Shown here one piece after another: positions 50,330-61,191 of a DNA stretch of 64,000 nucleotides. The stretch spans positions 430-64,429 of the forward strand of contig CAXTJO010000011.1 in assembly GCA_964244665.1 (NCBI GenBank), written 5' to 3'. Every line of letters starts with the position of its first letter. Position 1 is the first letter of the stretch. The notes beneath the pieces were generated by a model. The model ran no database searches, was not told the DNA's origin, and was given only the letters and a program-made list of their open reading frames with translations. This stretch comes from an uncultured Terriglobus sp. (GTDB taxonomy: Bacteria > Acidobacteriota > Terriglobia > Terriglobales > Acidobacteriaceae). Made by a program: the position numbers and the translations under genes.

Positions 50330-52582
50330 ATGGCGACAAAGGAACTTCGAACGGCTCCCACCGCCCCCCAGGTTGACGAAACTGCCGCCCCAGCCGACGA
50401 CGCCCCGCTTCAGTCCCCATTGCTTTCGCGCGACGACCTCATTCGCTTCTATCGCATTATGTATACCTCGCGCCGCACCGACGACCGCGAGCTCCTTTTG
50501 AAAAAGCAGCAGAAAATCTTTTTTCAGATCTCCGGCGCGGGCCACGAGGCCTTGCTTACCGCCGCCGGCATGGCCCTGCGCCCTGGCCACGACTGGATCT
50601 TTCCGTACTACCGCGACCGCGCCCTCGCTCTCGCTCTCGGCCAGTCCGTTGAAGATCAATTGCTGCAGGCCGTAGGCGCCGGCACCGACCCGCAATCCGG
50701 CGGCCGCCAGATGCCCTCTCACTGGACCAGCGTTCCGCTGAACCTCGTCTCGCCTTCTTCCTCCGTTGCTACTCAATGCCTCCACGCGGTCGGAGCCGCC
50801 GAGGCCGGCCTCTATTTCGCCGCGCATCCTGAAGCCGCCGCCGTGCCCGCAGCCACGCAGGACTACCGCGGCTTTAAGCAAGTGAAATTCGCTGAAGACG
50901 AGGTCGTTTATACCTCCCTGGGAGAAGGCAGCACCTCACAGGGTGAGTTCTGGGAGTCGCTAAATACTGCGTCCAACCTGAAGCTTCCCGTCCTCTTTGT
51001 CGTTGAAGACAACGGCTATGCCATTTCCACGCCCGTTGAAACCAATACTCCCGGCGGCAACATCAGCACCCTCGTCGCCAACTTTCCTGATTTTTATTTT
51101 GCCGAAGTCGATGGAACCGATGCCCTCGCCAGCTACGCCGCCATGGTCGAAGCGGTTGCCTGGTGCCGCGCCCGCAAAGGTCCCGCACTTGTCCACGGTC
51201 ATGTGATCCGGCCCTACTCCCATTCCCAAAGCGACGACGAGAAGTCTTACCGAGTTTCCGCCGAGCTTGAAGCCGACGCCCTCCGTGATCCCATCGGTAA
51301 GTTGCAGGCCTACCTTATCGGCCAGGGCATCCTTTCAGAAGATGAGCTTCGCCAGTTGGAGCAGGACGTCGATGCCGCGATTTTCCAAGCAACCGATGCC
51401 GCTCTCGCAGCGCCACTCCCTCTTATCGCCAACATCGAGAAACACGTCTACTCCGAGGATCTGAGAGCCACCGCCGCCCTCTTCGATACAGAGTTGAGCG
51501 TCGACGCAACACAGGCAACAAGTAATCCCGATCGCGCCCTGAACCGCGAAACGGACCGCACCATGGCCGACAGCATCAACTCCACCCTGCGTGACGAGAT
51601 GCGCCGCGATCCGCGCATCGTCATCTTTGGCGAAGACGTCGCCGATGCCAGCCGCGATCAGCACCTCAAATCCGGCGCCCTCAAAGGCAAGGGCGGCGTC
51701 TTCAAGCTCACTGGCGGCTTGCAGACGGAGTTCGGCTCCGACCGCGTCTTCAACTCCCCACTCGCCGAGGCCAACATCGTCGGCCGGGCCATCGGCATGG
51801 CGGTGCGCGGCCTTAAGCCCGTTGTCGAAATCCAGTTCTTCGATTACATCTGGCCCGCCGTCCACCAGATGCGCAACGAAATGTCCGTCATGCGCTGGCG
51901 GTCGAACGGCACCTTTACCTGCCCGCTCGTCATGCGCGTACCCATCGGCGGCTATCTTACCGGCGGCTCCATCTACCACTCGCAGTCCGGCGAATCCATC
52001 TTCACCCACACCCCCGGCATCCGCGTCGTCATGCCGTCAAACGCGCTCGACGCCGCCGGCCTTCTGCGCACCGCCATCCGCTGCGACGACCCCGTTCTCT
52101 TCCTCGAACACAAACGCCTTTACCGCGAAGCCTTCGGTCGCGTACCCTATCCCGGTCCCGAATACAGCATCCCCTTCGGTAAGGCGCGCACCCTCAGGCA
52201 GGGAAGCGACATCACCCTCGTCACCTACGGAGCCGTCGTCCCTCGCGCCCTCCAAGCCGCCCAGCGCCTTGAGCGCGAACGCAACATCTCCGTCGAAGTC
52301 CTTGACCTCCGCTCCTTAAACCCCTACGACTGGGAAGCCATCGCCGAGTCCGTCCGCCGCACCAACCGCATCCTCATTGCGCACGAAGACATGCGCTCCT
52401 GGGGCTTCGGCGCAGAGCTCGCCGCGCGCGTCGCCGACGAACTCTTCCACGATCTCGATGCTCCGGTCCGTCGCATCGGTGCCTTGGATACCTTCGTTGC
52501 CTACCAACCCATCCTCGAAGACGCCATCCTTCCCCAGGCTGAAGACCTCTTCCAGGCCTGCGCCGCCCTTGCATCCTTCTAG
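50330..52582 (+). CDS. 2-oxoacid dehydrogenase E1, fused alpha/beta (branched-chain-like)
   Basis: GRQMPSH, GEG..N TPP motif, [28 protein letters not shown]. Confidence 0.92.
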   Translation: MATKELRTAPTAPQVDETAAPADDAPLQSPLLSRDDLIRFYRIMYTSRRTDDRELLLKKQQKIFFQISGAGHEALLTAAGMALRPGHDWIFPYYRDRALALALGQSVEDQLLQAVGAGTDPQSGGRQMPSHWTSVPLNLVSPSSSVATQCLHAVGAAEAGLYFAAHPEAAAVPAATQDYRGFKQVKFAEDEVVYTSLGEGSTSQGEFWESLNTASNLKLPVLFVVEDNGYAISTPVETNTPGGNISTLVANFPDFYFAEVDGTDALASYAAMVEAVAWCRARKGPALVHGHVIRPYSHSQSDDEKSYRVSAELEADALRDPIGKLQAYLIGQGILSEDELRQLEQDVDAAIFQATDAALAAPLPLIANIEKHVYSEDLRATAALFDTELSVDATQATSNPDRALNRETDRTMADSINSTLRDEMRRDPRIVIFGEDVADASRDQHLKSGALKGKGGVFKLTGGLQTEFGSDRVFNSPLAEANIVGRAIGMAVRGLKPVVEIQFFDYIWPAVHQMRNEMSVMRWRSNGTFTCPLVMRVPIGGYLTGGSIYHSQSGESIFTHTPGIRVVMPSNALDAAGLLRTAIRCDDPVLFLEHKRLYREAFGRVPYPGPEYSIPFGKARTLRQGSDITLVTYGAVVPRALQAAQRLERERNISVEVLDLRSLNPYDWEAIAESVRRTNRILIAHEDMRSWGFGAELAARVADELFHDLDAPVRRIGALDTFVAYQPILEDAILPQAEDLFQACAALASF

Positions 52583-52769
52583 TTCGCATCCTGAGTAAGC
52601 TTCGCGACTCCAGTCACCGAGATAGAACCCAGCCCTTCTCAAACACCGGCCTGAGGCTTTGAAACTCTAGCACACGCCAGATCGAGCCAATCTCCACCCC
52701 AGAAGGAGGACAGCCGTCTGTCGCGACCGCTAGCGTTGCTCCATCACTGATTCACTTTCTGGAGTGCCA

Positions 52770-55700
52770 ATGCGTTCGTTCCGTGTATCCCCTGTTCTCT
52801 GTTTTCCCTCGCGTCCCCTCGTTTTCTGCGTAAGCCTCGCGTCCTCCCTCACCCTTGCCCAGGCCGCCCTCGCACAAAGTGCCACAGCCTCCCTGCGCGG
52901 CGTCGTCACAGACAGCACCAGCGCCGCACTCCCCGGTGCCGACGTCGTCCTCACCTCCACCGACACCGCACAGCAGCGCACGCAGCGCGTCGACAGCCGT
53001 GGCGAGTTCTCCTTCCAGCAGCTCTTCATCGGCGACTACCGCGTCGAAGTCCGCTCCCCTGGCTTCGCTACCTGGACGGACACCCACATCCACCTCGACG
53101 TCGGCAACCAGTCTCAGATCACCGTCCATCTCGTGCCGGCCTCCGCCCAGCAGACCGTCGAAGTCACCTCTGACGCGGCCCGTCTGCAGACCAACGAAAT
53201 GGCGCAGGGAGCCGTCATCGGTGAGCGGGAGATTGCCAGCCTCCCCCTCAACGGCCGAAACTTCACCCAGCTCGGCATCCTCCAGCCCGGTGTCCGTGCC
53301 GCCTCCGCCAGCCTCACCGTCATGGGCGCCTTCCGCCGCGCCGGCCAGAACTACGAGGTCAACGGCCAGCGCCCCGAATCCAACACCTTCCTGCTCGACG
53401 GCATGCGCGACGTCAACCGCATGGATGGTGGTATGGCCTTCCGCCCACCCGCCGACTCCATGGCGGAGTTCCGCATCCTCACCACCACCGCCCCCGCGGA
53501 GTTCGGCTTCACCAACGGCGGCGTCACCACAGTCGTCACCAAATCCGGCACAAACAAGCTCCACGGCACCGCCTACGACTTTTTCCGCAACGACGTCCTC
53601 AACGCCAACAACACCTTTGCACCGCGCAAGGAACGCATGCGCCAGAACCAGTACGGTCTCACCGCCGGCGGACCCATCCTGCGCGACCACGCCTGGCTTT
53701 TTGCCTACTATGAGGGCCTCCGCTCCGCACAGGACATCACCCACGGCGTCGTCGTCCCAACTCTCGCAGAGCGCGCCGGCGACTTCTCCGCAGACGCGCC
53801 AATCCTCATGAACAGCACGCACCTGCCCTACACCGGAAACCTCCCCGCGCTCATAAACCCCATCACCGCGAAATACCTCCAGTTCTACCCGACCCCCAAC
53901 TCCATCGAGAACCCGCACCTCGCGCAGACCACCAACCTGAGCCGCTATAACAGCGACCAGGGTGGCGCGAAAGCCGACTTCCTCCTGCGCAGCAAAGACG
54001 TCCTCAGCGCCCGCTACAGTTACTCCACCCTCGCGTTCCTCGATCCCTACTCCGAGCTTGGTTCCGACATCCCCGGCTTCCCGGTTGGCTACTACACCAA
54101 CACCCACCTCGGCGGTCTCACCGAAACCCACACCTTCACGCCGCAGACCGTCCTCACCGCCAACGCCTCCGTCTTCCAAAACCACATCCTGCTCGACAAG
54201 CGTTTCTCCGGCTTCTCTCCCCAGGCGTTCGGCTTCACCTACGGCTCTACCCGCCCGGAGGCGACCGGCGCTCCGCTCATCCAGCTGCAGGGCTATTCGA
54301 ACGCCGGCGACCCCATCATTAACCCGCGCGACACCGTCGAAGACGACTACGCCGTCAGTGCTAACCTCGCCCACACCCGTGGCAAGCACGCCACCAGCGT
54401 CGGCGCGCAATATCGCCGTGTCCAGCTCAACGGCTACCAGGCCAACTTCGCCTCCGGAACCTTTAGCTTCACCGTGCAGGGCGTCACCAACAACTCCGTC
54501 GCCAACTTCCTGCTCGGCCGCCCCGACATCTTTACCCAGGCCGGCGGCGACTTCACCCGCTCCCTGCGCGGATGGGAACTCGGCGTCTACGCCCAGGACG
54601 AGTACCGCATCAGCCCGCGTTTCACCCTCAACTACGGCGTCCGCTATGAGGTCACGACCCCCTTCCACGACATCCACAACCGCCTCATGGCCTTCGCTCC
54701 CGGCCACAAGTCGACGGTCTACCCCAACGCGCCTACCGGCCTGCTCTTCCCAGGCGATACCGGTGTTCCGGACACCATCGCACCCATCTTTAAGGCAGAC
54801 GTCATGCCGCGCATCGGCTTCTCATGTGACCCGCGCGGCAGCAGTCAGACTGTCGTCCGCGCCGCCTACGGCATCTTCGTCGACCCCCTGCTCAACGGCG
54901 TCGGCATGCCCATGCGAGCCGCCAGCTCCGCCCTGCCGCAGGTGGTCGTGCGCACGCTCACCGGCGCCATCAACTACCAGAATCCGACCTCCACCGTGAC
55001 CAACCCGTTCGCCCCCGGCCAGGTCGCCCTCCCGGCGTCCACCTTCACCATCGACCAGGGCCTGCGGCCCCCCTACACGCAGGATTGGAACTTCACCGTC
55101 GACCAGGGCTTCGCCGCCCAGGTACTCTCGCTCGGCTACATCGGCGCCAAGGGTACCCGCCTGCCGCGCCTCGTCGAGGCGAATCCCGCCATCTACCAGC
55201 CCGGCTCCACCCTCGCCAACTCCGGCCGCCGCCGCATCTACTCCGGCTGTACTCTCACCACGGGAGTCTGCCAGCTCGGCACCGCCGGCCTCGTCGTCGG
55301 CAACGCCAACTCCTCCTTCCACTCTGCCCAGGTTTCGCTCACCCGGCGCGGCACGCCCAACTTCAACTACACCCTCTCCTACACCTGGTCCAAAGACCTC
55401 GATTACAGCTCAAGCCTTCACATGTCCGGCCCCGCTCCGTGGCTCACCCTCGGCGAGCTTGACATTGCCCAGAACCCGCTCGACCTCAAGGCAGAGTACG
55501 GACGCTCGCTCTTCGACGCGCGCCACCGTTTTGCCGGCAGTTTGAGCTATCTCATCCCCACCGGCCACACTTTCACCGGCCCATCGCGCTTCCTTTTCAG
55601 CGGCTGGCAGATCAGCAGCCTGCTCGCCCTCAACACCAGCACCCCCTTCACCGTCTACGACTCCGCCAACGTCTCGCTCCAGGCGCCACACCCCGGCGTC

Positions 55701-56069
55701 TCCGGCATGTTCGGTGACCGTCCCAACGTCGTCGGCAATCCCAACCGCAGCGCGCCCCACACCATCTCGCAGTGGATTGCCCGCTCCGCCTTCCAGCGGC
55801 TCAACCCCGTCCTGAACGCGGGCCAGTTCGGCAACGAGCGCCGCAACACCATCGATGGCCCAGCTTTCGGCAGCCTTGACACGTCGCTGGAGAAGAGCTT
55901 CACCATCGCGGAAAACATGCAGGTCCGCTTCACCGCGCAGGCCTTCAACGTTACCAACCACGCCAACCTCATCACACCCGTCGACGACATCAACTCCCCC
56001 GTCTTCGGCCAGATCACCGAGTCCCAAGCCCCTCGCATCCTCCAGTTCGCCCTCAAGCTCCAGCGCTGA
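52770..56069 (+). CDS. TonB-dependent receptor, Oar-like, with carboxypeptidase-regulatory N-domain
   Basis: LPLNGRNFTQL, KSGTNKLHG, YAQDEYRISPRFTLNYGVRYE, PRILQFALKL. Confidence 0.92.
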   Translation: MRSFRVSPVLCFPSRPLVFCVSLASSLTLAQAALAQSATASLRGVVTDSTSAALPGADVVLTSTDTAQQRTQRVDSRGEFSFQQLFIGDYRVEVRSPGFATWTDTHIHLDVGNQSQITVHLVPASAQQTVEVTSDAARLQTNEMAQGAVIGEREIASLPLNGRNFTQLGILQPGVRAASASLTVMGAFRRAGQNYEVNGQRPESNTFLLDGMRDVNRMDGGMAFRPPADSMAEFRILTTTAPAEFGFTNGGVTTVVTKSGTNKLHGTAYDFFRNDVLNANNTFAPRKERMRQNQYGLTAGGPILRDHAWLFAYYEGLRSAQDITHGVVVPTLAERAGDFSADAPILMNSTHLPYTGNLPALINPITAKYLQFYPTPNSIENPHLAQTTNLSRYNSDQGGAKADFLLRSKDVLSARYSYSTLAFLDPYSELGSDIPGFPVGYYTNTHLGGLTETHTFTPQTVLTANASVFQNHILLDKRFSGFSPQAFGFTYGSTRPEATGAPLIQLQGYSNAGDPIINPRDTVEDDYAVSANLAHTRGKHATSVGAQYRRVQLNGYQANFASGTFSFTVQGVTNNSVANFLLGRPDIFTQAGGDFTRSLRGWELGVYAQDEYRISPRFTLNYGVRYEVTTPFHDIHNRLMAFAPGHKSTVYPNAPTGLLFPGDTGVPDTIAPIFKADVMPRIGFSCDPRGSSQTVVRAAYGIFVDPLLNGVGMPMRAASSALPQVVVRTLTGAINYQNPTSTVTNPFAPGQVALPASTFTIDQGLRPPYTQDWNFTVDQGFAAQVLSLGYIGAKGTRLPRLVEANPAIYQPGSTLANSGRRRIYSGCTLTTGVCQLGTAGLVVGNANSSFHSAQVSLTRRGTPNFNYTLSYTWSKDLDYSSSLHMSGPAPWLTLGELDIAQNPLDLKAEYGRSLFDARHRFAGSLSYLIPTGHTFTGPSRFLFSGWQISSLLALNTSTPFTVYDSANVSLQAPHPGVSGMFGDRPNVVGNPNRSAPHTISQWIARSAFQRLNPVLNAGQFGNERRNTIDGPAFGSLDTSLEKSFTIAENMQVRFTAQAFNVTNHANLITPVDDINSPVFGQITESQAPRILQFALKLQR

Positions 56070-56169
56070 CCTTACTCCACCGTTGCGCATCCGACAGGTC
56101 CCCGGTGCGCAACCAACTTCCACCAGCCGGGTCACACTCTTTGAAGCCTTCCGCGCCCAAGGAGCAGAC

Positions 56170-58272
56170 ATGCGCCGACACTTCCGCGACACGTTCGCTA
56201 TTGCCCTTAGCGCCACCCTCACCCTCGGCACTCTCCCGCTCCAGGCCGCCAAACTAGGGCCTGCCGTATCCCCGACCATCCCCGTAGACCACGCCGACCT
56301 CCTTGTCCAGCGCTTCACCTTCGGCCCCCGCCCCGGTGAAGTCGACGCCGTCCGCGCCCTCGGTCCCGATAAGTGGTTCGAGCAGCAACTCAACCCCGGC
56401 CGCATCCCCGATACCGCCCTCAATGCCCGCCTCGCACAGTACCCGGCGCTCCAGATGTCGCAGAACGAGCGCATCGAGCGCTACCCCACACCGAACCAAA
56501 TCCGCCAGTTCGCCAGGACCGGCACGCTCCCGCAGGACCCCGCCACCCGCACCATCGTCGCCGACCAGGTGGAGTTCTACCAGGAGCGCCAGAAAGCTAA
56601 ACCCGCTACTTCTACCGTCGCCCCCATCGTTCGCCAGGGCGCAGATGGTACGCAAACATTCGTTATCCCGCAGTTGTCGGCAAGAGCACTCGCCCAGCCA
56701 GACCAGCCTAACTTCGAGCAGTCCATCCAGCCCCTGCCGCAGGCTCAGATCGACGGCCTGCTTGCCACGCCTCCAGACCAAAGGTATGCAGAGATACTTC
56801 GTCTGCCCGTCGAACAGCTCATCGCCCTACGTAAAGGCATGCACAACCAGGACGGCAAGCTCGCCGATGGCATGAGCCCCCTCGAAAAAGAAACCCTCGT
56901 CGCCCTTTCCGGCACCAACCGCATGATCACCGCCGAGCTTTTCGGCTCCCGCCTGCTCACCGACATCTACAGCAGCCACGAGCTTGAAGCCGTCATGACC
57001 GACTTTTGGCTCAACCACTTCAACATCTACATCAAGAAAGACGGCCAGATGCCGTCGCTCCTCCCGGAGTTCCAGCAGACCGTCCAGGCCCATGCCCTCG
57101 GCCACTTCGAAGACCTCCTCCTCGCTACCGCGCGCTCGCCTGCCATGCTTCTCTACCTCGACAACAGCCAGAGCGCCGGCCCCGACTCACCCGCCGCCAG
57201 CACCAAACCGAAAAATCCCAACGCCAAAAAGAAAACAGACGTCGGCCTCAACGAGAACTACGCGCGCGAGCTCATGGAACTCCACACCCTCGGCGTCAAC
57301 GGCGGCTACACCCAAACCGACGTCACCGAACTCGCCAAGGTCCTCACCGGCTGGACCACGGACAAGCCCGGCGATGGCGGCCAGTTCACCTACAACGACC
57401 GCCGCCACCAGCCCGGCTCGAAAACCGTCCTCGGCAAAAACATCCGGGAAGGTGGCGAACGCGAGGGCGAGCAGGTTCTCCACCTGCTCGCCACCAGCCC
57501 CGCCACCGCCCATTTCATCTCGCTCGAGCTCGCCGAGCGCTTCGTCTCCGACACGCCCCCGCCAGCCCTTGTCGACCGCATGGCACAGACCTTCCTCAAG
57601 TCCAACGGCGACATCAAGGCCGTGCTCCGCACCATGGTCCACGCGCCAGAGTTTTTCGTCTCTACGAACGTCCACGCAAAGCTAAAAACCCCGCTGGAAT
57701 ACGTCGTCTCCGCCGCCCGCGCCACCGGCGCCGACGTGCAAAACCCCCAACCCCTCGTCCAATCCCTCGAGCGTCTCGGTATGCCGCTCTATGGCTGCCA
57801 GCCCCCCACCGGCTACAAATGGGACTCGGAAACCTGGCTCAACTCCTCCGCCCTCGTCAGCCGAATGAATTTCTCGCTGCTCCTCAGCAGCAATCGCATC
57901 GGCGGCACCACCATCAATCTTTCCACGCTGCTTCAAAACGAAAAAAACGGCAAATTAGCTGCCTCTCAAATCTCTGACCCCGCGCAAAGAGAGCATCTCC
58001 TCGAAACCGCTATCCTCACCCTTCCGGCCAGCGCCCAAACCCGCTCTGCCGTCCTGAACCAGGCCAACGACGACGCCGTTCAGCAAGCCGCCCGCGACTT
58101 CACCACCATCCCCGGCGACAGCAAGCAGCGCAGCCTTAAGGCGCGCATCAAGGTCAATGCCAGCAACACTCCTGTGTCGTCCACACCGCAAGTGGCGCCA
58201 CCCCCGGCCGACAAGCAGGGAAGCGTCATGCTTGGCCTGCTCCTCGGCTCTCCAGAATTCCAGCGTCGATAG
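56170..58272 (+). CDS. DUF1800 family protein
   Basis: RFTFGPRPG, DFWLNHFN, PAMLLYLDN, NENYARELMELHTLG, SPEFQRR. Confidence 0.92.
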   Translation: MRRHFRDTFAIALSATLTLGTLPLQAAKLGPAVSPTIPVDHADLLVQRFTFGPRPGEVDAVRALGPDKWFEQQLNPGRIPDTALNARLAQYPALQMSQNERIERYPTPNQIRQFARTGTLPQDPATRTIVADQVEFYQERQKAKPATSTVAPIVRQGADGTQTFVIPQLSARALAQPDQPNFEQSIQPLPQAQIDGLLATPPDQRYAEILRLPVEQLIALRKGMHNQDGKLADGMSPLEKETLVALSGTNRMITAELFGSRLLTDIYSSHELEAVMTDFWLNHFNIYIKKDGQMPSLLPEFQQTVQAHALGHFEDLLLATARSPAMLLYLDNSQSAGPDSPAASTKPKNPNAKKKTDVGLNENYARELMELHTLGVNGGYTQTDVTELAKVLTGWTTDKPGDGGQFTYNDRRHQPGSKTVLGKNIREGGEREGEQVLHLLATSPATAHFISLELAERFVSDTPPPALVDRMAQTFLKSNGDIKAVLRTMVHAPEFFVSTNVHAKLKTPLEYVVSAARATGADVQNPQPLVQSLERLGMPLYGCQPPTGYKWDSETWLNSSALVSRMNFSLLLSSNRIGGTTINLSTLLQNEKNGKLAASQISDPAQREHLLETAILTLPASAQTRSAVLNQANDDAVQQAARDFTTIPGDSKQRSLKARIKVNASNTPVSSTPQVAPPPADKQGSVMLGLLLGSPEFQRR

Positions 58273-58621
58273 TCGGCCGCCTTCAGATGCCGGACGACGT
58301 ATCCCAAAGTGGCAGACGACGACACTCAAGTTGCAGATATGTTGGCACCTGCCAGTGTTAGCGTTCAGCTATGAGAAGGGCAAAACGTCTTGCAGTTGTC
58401 TTCCGCCGGGCTTTTCGCGGGCTTCGACTCAACAGCTCTATACGCGACAACGGGCATTTCGGCACCACCCATGGATCCCCGGCACAGGGTCGAGCGCCGT
58501 ATCATGCTGCACTGCAGAACCCGGCGTCCAGGTGGGTTGCGCCGTCGTACTCACCGCAACATCCACAAGCAATCCGGTTCCGTACGGATGTAGGCAGTAG
58601 TACCGCTTAAGGACGCCCTTC

Positions 58622-59863
58622 ATGCCCATCACGCGCCGCTGCTTTATGAAGGGTTCAGCCCTCGCGCTCGTCGGTACCTCCGCGGTCCCGCAGTTTCTGG
58701 TCCGCTCTGTGATGGCAGAAACGGCCACCGCTCAGGAGAACGGCAAGAAGCTGGTCGTCATCTTTCAGCGCGGCGCCGCAGACGGCCTCAACATCGTCGT
58801 CCCCTACGCAGAGCCGAACTACTACGCCCTTCGCCCTACCATTGCCATACCGAAAAATCAGGTCATCAACCTCGACGGCGACTTCGGCCTGCACCCCGCC
58901 CTCGCCGCCTTGGCACCCCTTTACAGGCAGGGCCACCTCGCTGTTGTCCACGCCGTCGGCTCGCCCTCCTCCACCCGCTCCCACTTCGATGCGCAGGATT
59001 ATATGGAGGCCGGTACCCCTGGCCTGAAATCTACCCAGGATGGTTGGCTGAATCGGGCCCTGCAAGAACAGAAGCTTGCAAAACCCACTGCCTTTCGCGC
59101 CGTCAGCATGGGTGCCGATGTTGCACGCACCCTGCAGGGCAGGGTCCCCGCCGTCGCCATGACCAACGTCCGGGACTTCAACGTCGGCGGCCGCGGCCCC
59201 GCACCCTCCGCCGCCTCCAACGCCTTCCAGGCCATGTACGGCAGTTCGGCAGACCACGCCCTCAGCTCCGAAGGTAACGAGACCTTCGAGGCCATGCGCA
59301 TGCTCAAGTCCACCGACCCGGCCCACTACGTCCCCGCCAACGGCGTCGTCTACCCCAACACACCCTTCAGCAACAGCATGAAGCAGGTCGCCCAATTGAT
59401 GAAGGCCAACCTCGGCGTCGAAGCCGCCTTCGCCGACATCGGCGACTGGGACACCCACGTCAACCAGGGCTCTACCAACGGCCGGCTCAGCAATCGCCTC
59501 AAAGAGTTTTCCGAAGCCATCGCCGCTTTCTGGCACGACATGGGCCAGGAAGCCGAGCACATCACCCTCGTCACCATGTCCGAATTCGGCCGCACCGTCA
59601 AAGAAAATGGCACAGGCGGCACTGACCACGGCCACGGCAATGTCATGTTCGTCCTTGGTGGCGCAGTGCGCGGTGGCAAGGTCTACGGTAGTTGGCCGGG
59701 ACTCGCCACGGAACAGCTGAACCAGGGCCGCGACCTGGCCGTCACCACAGATTACCGTCAGGTCTTGGGTGAACTCACCCAGCGCACTTTAGGCACCCTC
59801 GACCTTGACAAAGTCTTTCCTGGAGCTGCACTATCTCCAGGGCAATTTCTTCGCATGGTTTGA
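58622..59863 (+). CDS. DUF1501 family protein, Tat signal
   Basis: ITRRCF; RGAADGL, SHFDAQ, WDTH, SEFGRT..ENG..GTDHG. Confidence 0.92.
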   Translation: MPITRRCFMKGSALALVGTSAVPQFLVRSVMAETATAQENGKKLVVIFQRGAADGLNIVVPYAEPNYYALRPTIAIPKNQVINLDGDFGLHPALAALAPLYRQGHLAVVHAVGSPSSTRSHFDAQDYMEAGTPGLKSTQDGWLNRALQEQKLAKPTAFRAVSMGADVARTLQGRVPAVAMTNVRDFNVGGRGPAPSAASNAFQAMYGSSADHALSSEGNETFEAMRMLKSTDPAHYVPANGVVYPNTPFSNSMKQVAQLMKANLGVEAAFADIGDWDTHVNQGSTNGRLSNRLKEFSEAIAAFWHDMGQEAEHITLVTMSEFGRTVKENGTGGTDHGHGNVMFVLGGAVRGGKVYGSWPGLATEQLNQGRDLAVTTDYRQVLGELTQRTLGTLDLDKVFPGAALSPGQFLRMV

Positions 59864-60136
59864 GTCGCCAGACCCAGGCTTCCGAGGAATCCGCTGAAGT
59901 ACATGACATGGAGGAAGTTCACGCCACGCTCACACGCAAAGCGCAACCTTTCTTTCATGGCCGCGTCTTAACGGATGTAGTCCAGCAGTAACGCCGGGGT
60001 TACTTCTTCGATCCTGGCATCACCTATCCGCACCACCACTTCCCACCTCTACGTAAGGCCTCCAAAACACCGGAGGCCTTCACTTCGTAGCTCAAGCCAC
60101 TGGCTACAATCGCCTCTGACACGGCACACTGGACGT

Positions 60137-60697
60137 GTGACACGCAAAGCAAAAGCCCTGATCCTGCTCGTTCTTCTTCTGGCCATCGCTGCAATCGCCC
60201 TGCCCGCTTTCAACCACGCTAGCCCCACTGTCGCCTTCATGGGTGATTCACTCACGCAGGGATGGCAGCTTCCCCGCGAAAATTTCGGCATCTACGGTCA
60301 AACGACGGCTCAGATGCTCGCTCGCTTCCAGCAGCAAATCCCAGGCCACGCAACCGTTGTCATCCTCGCCGGCACCAACGACACCATGCTTCACGTCGAC
60401 CCTGCCACTACCATCGCCAACCTCGGCGCCATGGTCGACTTAGCCAACCAGGATCACGCCCAACCCATCCTTGCCGAAATTCCACCCATCTACCGCGACA
60501 ACGGCGTTCAAAACCCTGCCGTCGACCGCCTCAATGCCTCGATCGTCGAACTTGCCACACGGCGCCACGTGCCGCTCGCCGACTACAACGCCGCCCTGCG
60601 GAATCACCCGGAGAGCTTCAGCGACGGTATCCACCTGAAGCGTCGCGGCTACCTGCGCATGGAACTCGCGCTGCTCCGGGTCGTCAACATCTTCTAA
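60137..60697 (+). CDS. SGNH/GDSL hydrolase
   Basis: GDSLT, GTND, DGIH blocks. Confidence 0.88.
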   Translation: MTRKAKALILLVLLLAIAAIALPAFNHASPTVAFMGDSLTQGWQLPRENFGIYGQTTAQMLARFQQQIPGHATVVILAGTNDTMLHVDPATTIANLGAMVDLANQDHAQPILAEIPPIYRDNGVQNPAVDRLNASIVELATRRHVPLADYNAALRNHPESFSDGIHLKRRGYLRMELALLRVVNIF

Positions 60698-60712
60698 CGG
60701 TTTACGATTCGC

Positions 60713-61138
60713 CTACGACAGCCCTAGCCGCCGGTCCAACGCAAGCACGCCGCCGCCACAAGCAACCAGCATCAACGCAATTGCCACCAGCGCCACGCTG
60801 TACTGCGATCCAGCATAGCCGTGGTGGACATTTACCTTCCAGATCGCCACCAACATGTTCACCGCCACCAGCGCCGCCGTGAAGCGCGTCAACAGTCCCA
60901 CCAGCAAAGTGATTCCGCCAAAGAACTCCACCAGCGCGCTCACGGTCCCCAGCCAGGCCGGCATGCTCAGGTGCACCACAAACACGTCCCAGTGCTGAAG
61001 CGCGCTGAAGGTGTTCGTTCCATGAAATCCACCCGCTGGCACAACCTTGTCCCAGCCATTGAACAGCATGGCCGCGCCCAGCGTCAGCCGCAAAAACAGC
61101 GCGCCCCACGGCCGCAAATTGTCAAGAAATCGTCCCAC
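60713..61138 (-). CDS. DoxX family membrane protein
   Basis: LRL.LG, EFFGG..LLVGLLTR, G.G.LALD. Confidence 0.87.
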   Translation of the reverse strand: MGRFLDNLRPWGALFLRLTLGAAMLFNGWDKVVPAGGFHGTNTFSALQHWDVFVVHLSMPAWLGTVSALVEFFGGITLLVGLLTRFTAALVAVNMLVAIWKVNVHHGYAGSQYSVALVAIALMLVACGGGVLALDRRLGLS

Positions 61139-61191
61139 CCGCTGCTCCTGCCTCAGCGCAAGCCTATGCCCGCTTGCGCATTCGTTGCAGC

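Noticed and set aside
59864-60136. Short ORFs between DUF1501 and the SGNH hydrolase
   Set aside because: Under 30 aa with no recognisable similarity; cannot be supported
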